Origin: an uncultured Acidimicrobiales bacterium
GTDB lineage: Bacteria > Actinomycetota > Acidimicrobiia > Acidimicrobiales > SHLQ01
DNA length: 64,000 nt
NCBI GenBank assembly: GCA_964390555.1
Contig: CAYMJU010000125.1
Span: 53,940 to 117,939 of the forward strand
Reading direction: 5' to 3'
In this document: piece after piece, positions 48,349-59,585 of the stretch
Layout of the letters: each line of letters begins with the position of its first letter
Numbering within the stretch: the first letter of the stretch is position 1
The notes under the pieces: generated by a model
The model's database searches: none
What the model was told of the DNA's origin: nothing
Seen by the model: the letters and a program-made list of their open reading frames with translations, nothing else
Position numbers and translations under genes: made by a program

Positions 48349-50648
48349 CGCCGGGCGGCCTCCACCAACACCCGCTGCTCGGCCGCCGCTATCACCCGGC
48401 GAGTGGCCAGCGCGGCATCAGGGTCGACCGACACCGACCCGATGCCGAAACGCACCAGGTGCTCGGCGAACTCGGGGCGGTTCGACGGCGCCTGACCGCA
48501 CAGCGACGAGCTGAGCCCGTGGTCGCGGCACTGAGCGATGATCTGACCGATCGCCCACAACACTGCGGCGTCGGCTTCGTCGAACAACTCCGCGCAGATC
48601 TCAGAATCGCGGTCGACGCCAAGCATCAGTTGGGTGAGATCGTTCGATCCGATCGACACCCCGTCGATGCCTAGCGCGGCATAGTCGCCGATGCGATGGA
48701 CCACCGACGGCACCTCGGCCATGACCCAACGGTGCATTCCCCGATGGTTCCCGAGCGGGCTCTCATCCACCGCATCGAGGCACGCCTCGAGCTCCCAGGC
48801 CGTGCGCACGAACGGGATCATGAGGTGCAAGTTCGGGTGCTCGTCTCGCGCTCGGGCAAGGGCGCGCAGCTCCATGGCGAACGTCTCGGGCTCGCGGATG
48901 TAGCGGTAGCAGCCCCGGTACCCGATCATCGGGTTGGCCTCGATCGGCTCGAACGCGTCGCCGCCGGCGAGCTCGCGGAACTCGTTGCTGCGGAAGTCGC
49001 TTGTGCGGTACACGACCGGGCGCGGGGCGAATGCGGCGCAGATCGTCTTGAGGTCCCCGACCATGCTCGCCACGAACTCGTCAGACCGACCGTCAGCGAG
49101 AAGCGCCTTCGGGTGGCGGCCACCGAGCGCCGATGTCAACATCAGTTCCCCCCGCAGCAGGCCCACACCATCGACGGGGAGAGCCGCGGCGGCGACGGCA
49201 CCATCGGCCAGGGCGAGGTTGACGTAGAGGCGTGTCGCCAGCGGGGTGTACTCCGAAGCCGACGCCGAGACCGACTGCGTCGTCGTTGTGACAACGCTCG
49301 GCGTCGCGGCAACCGGAGCGCCCACTCGTCCCCGGTACACCACGCCCGCGGCGGCGTCGACCGTCACGAGGTCGCCGTCGCGCAGCACCTGGGTCGCCCG
49401 GCGGGTGCCGACGAGTCCCGCGATTCCCAGCTCGCGGCTCACGATCGCCGCGTGGCACGTCGATCCGCCCGCGTCGGTGATCAGGCCACCGACGCGTCGC
49501 AACACCGGCATCCAGTCTGGCGACGTCTTCTCGGCGACCAGGATCTCGCCATCGTTGAGACGCGCCCCGTCCTTGGGCGATCTGAGGATCCGTACCACCC
49601 CCGACCGTGAGGCCCGGCCGATCCCAAGTCCGTGCAGCACCGCCTCTGGGGCGCCGGTCGCCGGCTCGGCGAGCGTCGTGATCGGCCTCGACTGGAGGAC
49701 GAACAACTCGCTCCGCGCGTAGGCCCATTCGATATCTTGCGGGGAGCCGTAGTGATCCTCGATCCGGCGACCGACCCGAGCGACAGTGCCGATCTCGTCG
49801 TCGGACAGCACCCGCCGATCGGCATCAGCTGGGTCGAGCTCGACCCGCTCGTCACCACCTTCGACGCCTCGGCGCAGGAGGAACGCCTGATGCCCGACGC
49901 GAAGCTCGCGCATCGCCATCGTGGAACGCTCGACCCGGTAGGTGTCGGGTTCGACGGCGCCGGACACGACGACCTCACCGAGTCCGAAGGCGGCTTCGAT
50001 AACCAGGTGAGCGCGAGCGGGGTCACCGGGCTCGACGGTGAACATCACACCCGAGCGATCCGAGTCGACCATCTGCTGGACCACTACCGCGATCGCCGGC
50101 TCCGCGGCCAACGCCCGTTCGGCGCGGTATGCGACCGAGCGGTCGCCCCAGAGCGAAACCCAGCATCGGCGAACCCGGTCGAGCAACGCATCGGTACCCG
50201 TCACGTTGGTGAACGTCTCGTTCATTCCGGCAAACGAGGTCTCGGCGGTGTCTTCGGCGGTCGCCGAGGAGCGGACAGCGACCGACAGCCGGTCGCCGAT
50301 CTCGCGGTAGTGCCCTTCGATCGCCTGGGCTGCTGGCCCGGGGATGGTCACCGCACCGACGATCTCTCGGGCGCGGGCCGCCAGGCGAGCCAACGCGTCG
50401 GGGTCAGCGTGGATCGCGTCCTGGGTGATCTGTTGAAGTTCGGCCCGCGCGCCCGCGGCGACGATCGCGTCGATGTACGCGGCGGCGGTCACGACGAACC
50501 CGGGTGGCACGGGGAAACCGGCCGAGACGAGCTCGCCGAGGTTCGCACCCTTGCCTCCTGCCGATGCCACGTCGGCGAGCGTGATGCGGTCGAGTCCGAC
50601 CACGGCCTCGATCCGGAGCTCGGGGTCGGCGGTGCTTGCAACGCTCAT
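48345..50648 (-). CDS. ppsA: Phosphoenolpyruvate synthase (pyruvate, water dikinase)
   Basis: ORF trimmed to ATG 50648. The N-domain has [10 protein letters not shown], the swivel phospho-His motif is [18 protein letters not shown], and the C-terminal PEP-utilizing TIM domain has [10 protein letters not shown]. Confidence 0.88.
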   Translation of the reverse strand: MSVASTADPELRIEAVVGLDRITLADVASAGGKGANLGELVSAGFPVPPGFVVTAAAYIDAIVAAGARAELQQITQDAIHADPDALARLAARAREIVGAVTIPGPAAQAIEGHYREIGDRLSVAVRSSATAEDTAETSFAGMNETFTNVTGTDALLDRVRRCWVSLWGDRSVAYRAERALAAEPAIAVVVQQMVDSDRSGVMFTVEPGDPARAHLVIEAAFGLGEVVVSGAVEPDTYRVERSTMAMRELRVGHQAFLLRRGVEGGDERVELDPADADRRVLSDDEIGTVARVGRRIEDHYGSPQDIEWAYARSELFVLQSRPITTLAEPATGAPEAVLHGLGIGRASRSGVVRILRSPKDGARLNDGEILVAEKTSPDWMPVLRRVGGLITDAGGSTCHAAIVSRELGIAGLVGTRRATQVLRDGDLVTVDAAAGVVYRGRVGAPVAATPSVVTTTTQSVSASASEYTPLATRLYVNLALADGAVAAAALPVDGVGLLRGELMLTSALGGRHPKALLADGRSDEFVASMVGDLKTICAAFAPRPVVYRTSDFRSNEFRELAGGDAFEPIEANPMIGYRGCYRYIREPETFAMELRALARARDEHPNLHLMIPFVRTAWELEACLDAVDESPLGNHRGMHRWVMAEVPSVVHRIGDYAALGIDGVSIGSNDLTQLMLGVDRDSEICAELFDEADAAVLWAIGQIIAQCRDHGLSSSLCGQAPSNRPEFAEHLVRFGIGSVSVDPDAALATRRVIAAAEQRVLVEAARR

Positions 50649-50658
50649 GTCGTGATCG

Positions 50659-51552
50659 TCACGTATCCACTCCGGACTCCCCAGGGACCAAAGGCCCCCC
50701 ACGGCGCAGGTACGCCAGCCAGTACACGATCCCGACCAGCCCGGCGCCGCCTATCACGTTGCCGATCGTGACCGGCACGAGGTTGTCGACCACGAAGCCC
50801 GTCCAGCTCAGATCGGCGGTCCGGCCGGCATCGGCTCCCACCGACGCCAGGTACCCGTCGGGCGACCAGGAGCGCACGAACAACGCGGTCGGGACGAAGT
50901 ACATGTTCGCGACGCTGTGCTCGAAGCCCAGGGCGACGAACGCCGCGACGGGCGGAATGACGGCGACGACCTTGTCGGTCAGCGTTCGGGCGGCCAGGCT
51001 CAGCCACACGGCCAGGCACACGAGTGCGTTGGCGAGGACGCCGAGCAGGATCGCGGGCACGAAGTCGAGGTCGAGCTTGGCTCCCGCTATGTCGATCACG
51101 CGACGGGCGACGGCTCCGTCGCCTTGGCGGTACTGCTCCGCCCCGACCACGAGAGCGGCCGTAGCGACCGCGCCGGCAAGGTTGCCGGCGTACACGATCA
51201 CCCAGCTCCGGAGGAGCGTGCGGATGCGCACGCGTCGGCTCGCGACCGCCATGACGACCAGGGTGTTGCCGGTGAACAACTCGGCCCCGGCGGCGACCAC
51301 GAGGGCGAGGCCGAGCGCGAACGTCACGCCCCCGAGCAGCCGGGACACCCCGAACGCCGTGTCGCCGCCGGCCGTCACCACGGTCGAGAACGCCGCACCC
51401 AGGGAGATGAACGCGCCGCCGAGCACCGCGAGCACGACCATCCGATCGATGGGCATGGATGCCTTGGCGACGCCCACGGCCTCGGCGCGCCGAGCCATCT
51501 CGGGGGGTAACGGCGCGTCGCCGCCGGGTTCGGGCTCGTCCACCACCGACAC
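50659..51552 (-). CDS. Formate/nitrite transporter (FNT) family channel
   Basis: The ORF runs to 51612, but I prefer GTG 51552. [38 protein letters not shown] aligns with FocA/NirC N-termini, and there are six or more TM segments. The substrate (formate or nitrite) cannot be resolved. Confidence 0.85.
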   Translation of the reverse strand: MSVVDEPEPGGDAPLPPEMARRAEAVGVAKASMPIDRMVVLAVLGGAFISLGAAFSTVVTAGGDTAFGVSRLLGGVTFALGLALVVAAGAELFTGNTLVVMAVASRRVRIRTLLRSWVIVYAGNLAGAVATAALVVGAEQYRQGDGAVARRVIDIAGAKLDLDFVPAILLGVLANALVCLAVWLSLAARTLTDKVVAVIPPVAAFVALGFEHSVANMYFVPTALFVRSWSPDGYLASVGADAGRTADLSWTGFVVDNLVPVTIGNVIGGAGLVGIVYWLAYLRRGGPLVPGESGVDT

Positions 51553-51579
51553 GCTGCGCGCGGAGCCACGGGCGCGGCA

Positions 51580-51626
51580 GGGACCTTCGGCCCTTTTCGA
51601 ACCCGGCACCACGGGACCATCGTCCG
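51580..51626. promoter_or_regulatory. Two candidate DevR/DosR-like operators in the FNT / acsA divergent region
   Basis: GGGACC-TT-CGGCCC lies at 51580-51593 and GGGACC-AT-CGTCCG at 51613-51626. The intergenic region is only about 78 nt long. Confidence 0.4.
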
Positions 51627-51629
51627 GTC

Positions 51630-53369
51630 ATGGCGCGTGTGACACCGAACCTCGAGGACTACGACCGCGCCCGGCGAACCTTCTCCTGGGACCAGGCGCG
51701 AGCTGAGCTCCACGGGTCACGGTCGGGCGTGAACATCGCTGATCTGGCGGTCGTGCGCCACGCCGAAGGTCGGCGTCGAGACACCACGGCGCTGCGATGG
51801 CTCGGGCGATCCGGCGACCGCCATGACATCACCTACGGCGATCTCGAGCAGCGCACCGCCCGCTTCGCCAACGTGCTCGGGGCGCTCGGCCACGGTCCCG
51901 GCGTCCGCGTGGCAACGCTGGCAGGGCGGATCCCCGAACTGTACGTCAGCGTCCTCGGCGCGCTCCGGGCCGGCGGCGTGGTGTGCCCGCTCTTTCCAGC
52001 GTTCGGACCGGACCCCATCCGGCAACGGCTGAGCCTGGGTTCGATCGACGTGGTGGCCACCACACCGAGCCAGTACGAACGCAAGATCGCCCCGATGCGC
52101 TCGGCACTCCCAGCCCTCCGGACCGTGCTCCTGTGCGGCGGACCCGGGTCGGGACCGGGCGTCCAAGACCTCGACGAGTTGATGGCCGCGACATCGGACC
52201 GCTTCGACACAGTGGCGACCGGCGCCGACGATCCCGCCCTGATCCACTTCACGAGCGGGACGACCGGCACGCCAAAGGGAGCGCTCCACGTTCACGGAGC
52301 GGTCGTCGCCCACCACATCAGCGGGCAGATGGCACTCGATCTGCGCGGCGGCGACGTGTTCTGGTGTACCGCGGACCCGGGGTGGGTGACGGGGATGTCC
52401 TACGGCATCGTGTCGCCGCTCACCAACGGCGTCACCAGCGTCGTCGACGAGGGCGACTTCGACGCCGACCGGTGGTACCGCACGATCCAGGACGAGCGGG
52501 TCGACGTCTGGTACACGGCACCGACGGCGCTGCGGATGTTGATGCGGATCGGCGCCGATGCTGCCCGGGAGTACGACCTCGGCAGCCTCCGGCTGGTCGC
52601 GAGCGTCGGCGAACCCCTGAACCCTGAGGTCGTGCGGTGGGCCCAGGGCACCTACGGCGTGCCGATCCTGGACAACTGGTGGCAGAGCGAGACCGGCGGG
52701 ATCATGATCGCCAACTACCGGTCGATGCCCGTCAAGCCCGGGTCGATGGGAAAGCCTCTTCCCGGTGTGGACGCGACGATCCTCGAACGCGACGACGAAG
52801 GCGAGCTCACCACCGACGATGAGGGTCACCCGGCCGAGGTCCCGAACGATCAGGTGGGCGAGCTCGCCCTCCGGCGCGGTTGGCCGTCGATGTTCCGCAA
52901 CTACCTCGGAGCCGAGGACCGTTACGCCGGTTCCTTCGCCGGCGACTGGTACCGCACCGGCGACCTGGCCCGGCGCGACGCCGATGGCTACTACTGGTTC
53001 GTCGGGCGAGGCGACGACGTCATCAAGTCGGCCGGACACCTGATCGGTCCTTTCGAAGTTGAGTCGGTGCTGATCGAACACCCGGCCGTCTCCGAAGCAG
53101 CGATCATCGGCAAACCCGACCCGACCGCCGGCCAGGTGATCAAGGCGTTCGTACGATTGGCTCCGGGCATCGAACCAGGCCCAGAGGTGATCGCTGACAT
53201 CATCGCGTTCAGCCGGCGTCACCTGGGCACCGTCGCGGCGCCCCGCGAGGTAGAGCTCGTCGATCAGCTGCCCCGGACGCGCAGCGGCAAGATCATGCGC
53301 CGGCTGCTCAAGGCCCGCGAGCTCGGCCTACCCGAAGGTGACCTCTCAACGTTGGAGTCCGGCGCATGA
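51630..53369 (+). CDS. acsA: Acetyl-CoA synthetase (short AcsA type, AMP-forming)
   Basis: ORF 51459-53369 trimmed to ATG 51630. It is collinear with Bacillus AcsA as I recall it: [61 protein letters not shown] and [15 protein letters not shown]. Confidence 0.88.
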   Translation: MARVTPNLEDYDRARRTFSWDQARAELHGSRSGVNIADLAVVRHAEGRRRDTTALRWLGRSGDRHDITYGDLEQRTARFANVLGALGHGPGVRVATLAGRIPELYVSVLGALRAGGVVCPLFPAFGPDPIRQRLSLGSIDVVATTPSQYERKIAPMRSALPALRTVLLCGGPGSGPGVQDLDELMAATSDRFDTVATGADDPALIHFTSGTTGTPKGALHVHGAVVAHHISGQMALDLRGGDVFWCTADPGWVTGMSYGIVSPLTNGVTSVVDEGDFDADRWYRTIQDERVDVWYTAPTALRMLMRIGADAAREYDLGSLRLVASVGEPLNPEVVRWAQGTYGVPILDNWWQSETGGIMIANYRSMPVKPGSMGKPLPGVDATILERDDEGELTTDDEGHPAEVPNDQVGELALRRGWPSMFRNYLGAEDRYAGSFAGDWYRTGDLARRDADGYYWFVGRGDDVIKSAGHLIGPFEVESVLIEHPAVSEAAIIGKPDPTAGQVIKAFVRLAPGIEPGPEVIADIIAFSRRHLGTVAAPREVELVDQLPRTRSGKIMRRLLKARELGLPEGDLSTLESGA

Positions 53370-54349
53370 CCGCCCTGACGCTTTCGGCCGAGGACGCCAG
53401 ACATCTTCTCGGCGACATGATCCGGATCCGTGCCATGGAGGAACGGTGCGCCGAGCTGTACGGGGAGCAGAAGATCCGGGGCTTCCTGCACCTCTACATC
53501 GGCGAGGAGGCGGTGGCGACCGGCGTGATCTCGCAGCTCCGGTCCGACGACGCCGTCGTCGCCACCTATCGCGAGCACGGGCACGCCCTCCTCAAGGGCA
53601 TCCCGGTCGAGCGGATCATGGCCGAGATGTTCGGCAAAGTCACCGGCTGCAGCGGGGGCAGGGGCGGATCGATGCACCTGTTCGACGCTGAGCGGCGGTT
53701 CTACGGCGGCAACGCCATCGTCGGCGGCCATCTTCCGCTCGCCGCCGGGCTGGCCCTGGCCGACTCCATGCAGGCGCACGACCGCGTGACGGCCTGCTTC
53801 TTCGGCGAAGGCGCCGTCGCCGAGGGCGAGTTCCACGAGGCGATGAACCTCGCCGCGCTCTGGACGTTGCCGGTGCTGCTTTGCTGCGAGAACAACCTCT
53901 ATGCCATGGGCACCTCGCTGACATCGAGCGAGTCCGAGACGAACCTCACCGCCAAGGCCATGTCGTACGGGGTTCCGGCCTGGACCGTCGATGGCATGGA
54001 CGTGCTGGCCGTTCGCACGGCGACTGCGCGAGCGCTCGACGTCGTCCGCAATGGCGGCGGGCCGGTCTTCCTCGAGCTGCGTACCTATCGGTTCCGGGCC
54101 CATTCGATGTTCGACCCCGATCTCTACCGGGACAAGGACGAGATCGAACGGTGGCAGACACGCGACCCGATCGAGCTGTTCGGCGCCCGCTTACGAGACG
54201 ACGGGGTGCTGAGCGACGAAGACGTCGAGGAGCTGTGGGCTCTGGCCCGTGACGAGGTCGAGCGCGCCGTCGAGTTCGCGGAGGCTTCTGAGCTCGAACC
54301 GGTCAGCACCCTGACGTCGTTCGTATATCGACGCGAGGGTCGGTCGTGA
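53366..54349 (+). CDS. pdhA: 2-oxoacid (pyruvate/acetoin) dehydrogenase E1 alpha subunit
   Basis: 327 aa with an ATGA overlap with acsA. The ThDP motif is [31 protein letters not shown]. Confidence 0.9.
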   Translation: MTALTLSAEDARHLLGDMIRIRAMEERCAELYGEQKIRGFLHLYIGEEAVATGVISQLRSDDAVVATYREHGHALLKGIPVERIMAEMFGKVTGCSGGRGGSMHLFDAERRFYGGNAIVGGHLPLAAGLALADSMQAHDRVTACFFGEGAVAEGEFHEAMNLAALWTLPVLLCCENNLYAMGTSLTSSESETNLTAKAMSYGVPAWTVDGMDVLAVRTATARALDVVRNGGGPVFLELRTYRFRAHSMFDPDLYRDKDEIERWQTRDPIELFGARLRDDGVLSDEDVEELWALARDEVERAVEFAEASELEPVSTLTSFVYRREGRS

Positions 54350-55329
54350 CGGGGGCCGAGCTGACCTACCGCGACGCGATTCGCGACGCCCTTCGGGAGG
54401 TGTTGACCGCCGACGACCGGGTATTCGTCATGGGCGAGGACGTCGCCGACTACGGCGGGGCCTACGCCGTCACCCGCGACCTGCACCAGGAGTTCGGCCG
54501 CGACCGGATACGCAACACGCCGCTGTCGGAGTCGGGATTCGTCGGCGCGGGGATCGGCGCTGCCATAGGCGGCATGCGTCCGATCGTCGAGATCATGACC
54601 GTGAACTTCAGCTTGCTCGCGCTCGATCAGATCGTGAACACCGCCGCCACCCTGCTCCACATGTCGGGCGGCCAGGTGAACGTGCCGATCGTGATCCGGA
54701 TGGCGACCGGGGCGGGGCGACAGCTGGCGGCACAGCACTCCCACAGCTTCGAGGGATGGTACGCCCACGTCCCAGGGCTGCGGGTCGTGGCACCAGCGAC
54801 CGTCACCGACGCTCGCTGGATGCTTGCGACCGCGGTGGCCGACCCCGATCCCGTGATCGTCTTCGAGCACGCGTCGCTCTACAGCACGCGGGGAAGCCTC
54901 GACGGCGGCGATCCGGTCGACATCGACCGCGCTGCCGTGCGGCGCTCGGGAACCGATGTCACGATCGTGACCTATGGCGGCAGCCTGCCGAAATGTCTCG
55001 ACGCCGCTGGCTCCCTGGTCGCCGAGGGGATCAGCGCCGAGGTGATAGACCTCCGGTCGCTCCGACCGCTCGATCTCGAGACCGTCGTCTCGTCGGTGAC
55101 CCGCACCACGAGAGCGGTCGTCGTCGATGAGGCATGGCGCACCGGGGGCCTGTCAGCGGAGATCACGGCGTCGATCTCGGAGCACTGCTTCTGGTCGCTC
55201 GACGCCCCGGTTGCGCGGGTGTGCACCGCTGAGGTGCCGATCCCCTACGCCCGACATCTCGAGGAAGCGGCGCTGCCCCAGGCCGGCACCATTGCGGCCG
55301 CGGCTCGCGAGGTCGTCCGTGGCCGCTGA
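54346..55329 (+). CDS. pdhB: 2-oxoacid dehydrogenase E1 beta subunit
   Basis: 327 aa with a GTGA overlap. [15 protein letters not shown]...VFVMGEDV and [12 protein letters not shown] are typical E1-beta (transketolase-like) motifs. Confidence 0.9.
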   Translation: MTGAELTYRDAIRDALREVLTADDRVFVMGEDVADYGGAYAVTRDLHQEFGRDRIRNTPLSESGFVGAGIGAAIGGMRPIVEIMTVNFSLLALDQIVNTAATLLHMSGGQVNVPIVIRMATGAGRQLAAQHSHSFEGWYAHVPGLRVVAPATVTDARWMLATAVADPDPVIVFEHASLYSTRGSLDGGDPVDIDRAAVRRSGTDVTIVTYGGSLPKCLDAAGSLVAEGISAEVIDLRSLRPLDLETVVSSVTRTTRAVVVDEAWRTGGLSAEITASISEHCFWSLDAPVARVCTAEVPIPYARHLEEAALPQAGTIAAAAREVVRGR

Positions 55330-56617
55330 CACCGAATCGAACCAGGACTTCCGGCTGCCGTCGCTCGGCGCGGACATGGAGGAAGCGACGATCCTCGAAT
55401 GGCGCGTGAAGCCTGGTGATCGCGTCGCGCGCGGCGACATCGTGGCCCTGATCGACACAGAGAAGTCCGAGATCGACCTCGAGATCTGGCACGGTGGAGT
55501 AGTCGAGGAGCTCGTGGTCGGCGTCGGCGAGGTGATCCCCGTCGGGACTGTCCTCGCCCGGCTCCGCAACGACGAGCAGTCGGTGACGGCGAGCCCGAAA
55601 ACCGGTTCGGCGCCGACTGTGCACCACGACAGCCCCCGCGTGCTCTCGCCACTCGTACGCCACCTGGCCGAGCAACGCCATGTCGACCTCTCCCGCGTCG
55701 CTGGGACGGGCCCCGGCGGTCGGATCCAGCGGAGCGACGTGAACCAAGCGACTGCGGTGACCGCGGCACCGGCAGCGACCGCGGTTCGTGCCTCGCCGCG
55801 GGCTCGGGCGCTGGCGCGCCGCATCGGCGTCGATCTGGCGTTGGTGACCGGCACGGGTCCCGCCGGCGCGATCGTCGCCGCCGACGTCGAGCTCGCCCAC
55901 TCCACCGCGAGCATTGCTCCAGCGGCATCGACCCCTCAGCCCGATCGGGAGCGTGCCACCTCGCCCCGGCGGGCGATCGCCGAGCTGATGTCGAGGTCGA
56001 ACCGCGAGATCCCGCACTACTACGTGGCGACCGAGATCGATTGCACCCGGGTGATGGCTGACCTGACCAGGGCCAACGAGGAGCGGCCGGTCACCGCTCG
56101 CGTACTCGGTGTCGTTCCCCTCCTGATCGCCGCGGCCCGAGCAACACGCGAACATCTCGAATTGAACGGGTTCTGGCGTGAAGGCGAATTCCAACCCGGA
56201 GACGGCGTCCACCTGGGAGTCGCTGTCGCCAAGCGCGGCGGCGGGTTGGTCGCCCCCGCGATCCGCGACGCTGACATGCTCGGACCCGACGAGATGATGC
56301 GAGCGCTGACCGAACTGGTCGGTCGGGCGCGCGCCGGTCGGCTGCGCAGCTCGGAGATGGAGTCACCGACGATCACCGTCACGAGCCTCGGCGACCGCGG
56401 GCCCACGCTCGTGCTCCCCATCATCTATCCACCGCAGGTCGCAATGGTCGGCTTCGGCCGGGTCGTCGAGCGACCATGGGTCGTCGATGGCGAGCTCGCA
56501 GTCCGCACGGTCGTCACCGCCAGCCTCGCCGGCGATCACCGTGCGACCGACGGCGATCGCGGGGCACGCTTTCTCACCACGCTCGCAACTGTCCTGACCG
56601 AGTTGGAGATCCCATGA
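55319..56617 (+). CDS. pdhC: Dihydrolipoamide acyltransferase (E2)
   Basis: GTG 55319 lies in frame in ORF 55127-56617. The protein has a lipoyl domain ([18 protein letters not shown]...[11 protein letters not shown]), two subunit-binding domains (SPLVRHLAE...GTGPGGRI and SPRARALAR...GTGPAGAI), and the catalytic DHRATDG. Confidence 0.85.
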   Translation: MAADTESNQDFRLPSLGADMEEATILEWRVKPGDRVARGDIVALIDTEKSEIDLEIWHGGVVEELVVGVGEVIPVGTVLARLRNDEQSVTASPKTGSAPTVHHDSPRVLSPLVRHLAEQRHVDLSRVAGTGPGGRIQRSDVNQATAVTAAPAATAVRASPRARALARRIGVDLALVTGTGPAGAIVAADVELAHSTASIAPAASTPQPDRERATSPRRAIAELMSRSNREIPHYYVATEIDCTRVMADLTRANEERPVTARVLGVVPLLIAAARATREHLELNGFWREGEFQPGDGVHLGVAVAKRGGGLVAPAIRDADMLGPDEMMRALTELVGRARAGRLRSSEMESPTITVTSLGDRGPTLVLPIIYPPQVAMVGFGRVVERPWVVDGELAVRTVVTASLAGDHRATDGDRGARFLTTLATVLTELEIP

Positions 56618-56859
56618 ACCCCACCGATGCCCGAGCGATCGTCGTCGAGGCCGTCCGGTCGATCGCGCCTGGTGCCGCGATCGACGAGCTCGGCCCGGCC
56701 GACGACCTGATCGACGCGCTCGAGCTCGACTCGATGGATCTGTTGAACATCGCCGTTGCCGTCGCCGAGCGGACCGGCATCGAGATCCCCGAACGTGACT
56801 ACCCGAAGCTGACCAGCATCGAGGTGTTCGCCGCCTACCTGGTCGCCGCGGCCGGCTGA
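56614..56859 (+). CDS. Acyl carrier protein-like (phosphopantetheine-binding) protein
   Basis: 81 aa from ATG 56614 (ATGA overlap with the E2 stop). LIDALELDSMDLLNIAVAVAERTGIEIP contains the D-S-x attachment motif on a four-helix-bundle-like pattern. Confidence 0.75.
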   Translation: MNPTDARAIVVEAVRSIAPGAAIDELGPADDLIDALELDSMDLLNIAVAVAERTGIEIPERDYPKLTSIEVFAAYLVAAAG

Positions 56860-59501
56860 TCGTGGTGAGGCCGGGGCGGCCGTCGTCCCCGGTGCCACTT
56901 GTCGAAGCGGTCCGCCAGCAGCACCATCGGCGCCGAAGCGAGGGCGACCACCCAACCGGCCAGAGGGGGGTTGGCCTGCTCGAGCTCGTCGGCCACCGGT
57001 CCCGCGAACAACATCACCGCTGAGAGTCCGAGGCTGAACAGCACGGCCGGCGGCAGCAGTCGATTCGAGCGCCAACCCAACGACCCGATGCGACGCGTCG
57101 AGCTCCGGCACGCGAACGCGTTCGCAGCCTGCCCAATGACCACTGCCATGAAGGCCGCCCCCGACGCCGACTCGAGCGTCGCTCCCTCGGGGAACCCGTC
57201 TCCGGGCCGCCAGCCCGCGGCGGCGAACGAGACGAGGAACGCCATCATGCTCATCGCGGCCTCGGTCGGGCCGAGCACGCCGAAGGCTCGCCTGGCGACC
57301 GTCGCGTTGAGCAAGCGGCCGCTGACCGGTGGACCCTCGAGCAACGTCGGCGACGACGGCTCCGCACCCAAGGCAACGGCCGAGAGCGTGTCGGTCCCGA
57401 TGTCGAGGGCAAGGATCTGCATGACGCCGAGGGCCAGGGGGAACCGCCCGCCCGACAGCGCCCATACGACGAACGGGGTGAGCTCGGCCACGTTGTCGGT
57501 CAGGTGATAGGTGAGGAACCGCCGGAGGTTCACATAGCTGGCCCGGCCCTGCTCGACGGCACCCACGATCGAGGCGAAATGGTCGTCGAGCAGCACGAGA
57601 TCGGCGGCCTCGCGGGCGACGTCGGTGCCCGATCGTCCCATCGCCACCCCGATGTCAGCCTCGTGCAGCGCGGGGCCGTCGTTGACACCGTCGCCCGTCA
57701 TGGCGACGATGTGACCGCGGCGACGGAGAGCCTGGGCGATGCGCAATTTGTCCTCGGGCGACACGCGGGCCACCACCACCCCATCGTGATCGACCATCGT
57801 GGCAATCGCCCCCAGGTCGTCGGGCAGGTCGGCGCCGACGAGCACGGGATCGCCCCGACGTCGGAGTCCGACCTGGTCCGCGATCGCCGACGCCGTAACC
57901 GGGTGATCGCCGGTGATCATGGCAACCTTGATGTGTGCCCGCCGGCAGGCGTCGATGGCGTCGCGCACATCGTCGCGCGGCGGGTCTTCGAGTCCCACGA
58001 GACCGAGCAGATCGAGGTCGCGTTCGACTTGGTCGGGGTCGTCGCCATCACGCCATCGCCGACCGTCGCCGCGCGCGATGGCCAGCGCCCGCAGTCCCCG
58101 GTCGGTCATCGAACTGAGCGCGTCGCCGGCCTCTTCGACGCTTCGGCATCGGGGCAAGACGGCATCGGGCGCGCCCTTGACGAGGAGGGCGCCGTCGACC
58201 ACGACCGACATGCGGCGCCGCCGGGGATCGAACGGGAACCGGCGCGACGGCGGGTTCGCCAACCGGTCGGCGCCGGTATCGATCTCACAGCGCCGGGCGA
58301 GGACGTCAAGGGCCACCTCCATGGGATCACCGATCGGCACCCACTCGCCGTCGGTCAGCGCCGTCCGACCGTTCGAGCAGCGCGCCGCCGCCCGCGCCAG
58401 CTCGACCACCGCGGCTCGCGCGGCCGCAATCTCACCAGCGGCCGGCGCGGCCGCAACACACTCGACATGACCGGCGGGGTCGTAGCCGACGCCGTGAACG
58501 GTCGCCGAACCCGACGGCGTCCAGACCTCGATGACGGTCATCTGGTTCCTCGTCAGCGTGCCCGTCTTGTCGGTACATATGAACGTGGTCGATCCGAGGG
58601 TTTCCACGGCATCGAGGTGCCGCACGAGCACCTGGCGGCGAGCCATCTGCTCGGCGCCCCACGACAGCGACAGCGTGACGGTGGGCAACAGGCCTTCGGG
58701 CACGAGAGCGACGGTCACGCCGATCGCGAACACGAACCCCTCCGATGGCGCGGTGCCGAGCAGCCAGGCGAGTCCGAAGAAGCTCACGCCGACCCCAACC
58801 GCGATCACCGCGATCGTGCGCACGACGCGAGCGAGCTCGACCGTCAGGGGGCTCGTCGGATCCGGCGTGACGGTGGTGAGTCGGGCGATCTCGGCCAGAC
58901 GAGTACGGGTTCCGGTGGCGGTCACGACGACCGTCGCCTCGCCCTCCACGACGAACGTGCCGCCGAACGCCCGATCACCCTCGACCAGCGCCGTCGGCAC
59001 GCTCTCGCCGGTTAGCAAGGATGTGTCGACAAGCAACTGGTGGGACTCGGCGACCGTCACGTCGGCCGGGACACGATCGCCGGGTCCCAGCTCGAGGACG
59101 TCGTCAACGACGACCGAGTCGGCGTCGACCTCGACGAGCTGGCCGTCGCGGCGAGCGATCACGCGCCGCGGCAGCAGCGAACGAAGGCGGTCGGCCGCCG
59201 CGGTCGCGCGTCCCTCCTGCGCGAAGGCGAACGCCGCGTTGAAGACGATGACGACGATGATCGCGATGCCGAGCTCGGGAAGTTGAGCCACGAAGGCCAG
59301 CCCGCTCGCCACCCACAACATCAGAGCGAAGAAGTGGAAGAGCTGACCCGCGAACCGCCGCGACGCGCTCGGCCGGCGAGGTGACGGCAGACGGTTGGGG
59401 CCGTCCGTCGCGAGGCGGGTCGCTACGTCGGTCGCGCTCAGGCCCTGGTGACCCCGACTCGGGGTGCCGACCATCGATCGACCCGGGGGATCGGCGTCCA
59501 C
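56835..59501 (-). CDS. P-type cation-transporting ATPase (P2, CtpF-like), second paralogue
   Basis: 888 aa with the N-terminus QGLSATDVATRLATDGPN, plus CTDKTGTLTRNQM, MITGDHP and GDGVNDGPALHEADIGVAMG. Confidence 0.9.
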   Translation of the reverse strand: MDADPPGRSMVGTPSRGHQGLSATDVATRLATDGPNRLPSPRRPSASRRFAGQLFHFFALMLWVASGLAFVAQLPELGIAIIVVIVFNAAFAFAQEGRATAAADRLRSLLPRRVIARRDGQLVEVDADSVVVDDVLELGPGDRVPADVTVAESHQLLVDTSLLTGESVPTALVEGDRAFGGTFVVEGEATVVVTATGTRTRLAEIARLTTVTPDPTSPLTVELARVVRTIAVIAVGVGVSFFGLAWLLGTAPSEGFVFAIGVTVALVPEGLLPTVTLSLSWGAEQMARRQVLVRHLDAVETLGSTTFICTDKTGTLTRNQMTVIEVWTPSGSATVHGVGYDPAGHVECVAAAPAAGEIAAARAAVVELARAAARCSNGRTALTDGEWVPIGDPMEVALDVLARRCEIDTGADRLANPPSRRFPFDPRRRRMSVVVDGALLVKGAPDAVLPRCRSVEEAGDALSSMTDRGLRALAIARGDGRRWRDGDDPDQVERDLDLLGLVGLEDPPRDDVRDAIDACRRAHIKVAMITGDHPVTASAIADQVGLRRRGDPVLVGADLPDDLGAIATMVDHDGVVVARVSPEDKLRIAQALRRRGHIVAMTGDGVNDGPALHEADIGVAMGRSGTDVAREAADLVLLDDHFASIVGAVEQGRASYVNLRRFLTYHLTDNVAELTPFVVWALSGGRFPLALGVMQILALDIGTDTLSAVALGAEPSSPTLLEGPPVSGRLLNATVARRAFGVLGPTEAAMSMMAFLVSFAAAGWRPGDGFPEGATLESASGAAFMAVVIGQAANAFACRSSTRRIGSLGWRSNRLLPPAVLFSLGLSAVMLFAGPVADELEQANPPLAGWVVALASAPMVLLADRFDKWHRGRRPPRPHHDQPAAATR

Positions 59502-59585
59502 GGCAGCTACCGTCGCCGCGCCGGCCGAACGGCTCCAGAGCCTTTGGTCCCCCGCTCGCGATCGACGACATCCGCCGAGCGAACG

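Noticed and set aside
59502-59585. A possible DevR-like box upstream of the second ATPase (GAGCCTTTGGTCCC, approximately 59537-59550).
   Set aside because: Only one half-site (GGTCCC) is good and the other matches 3/6. The ATPase is probably co-transcribed with the upstream PAS kinase across an 84-nt gap.
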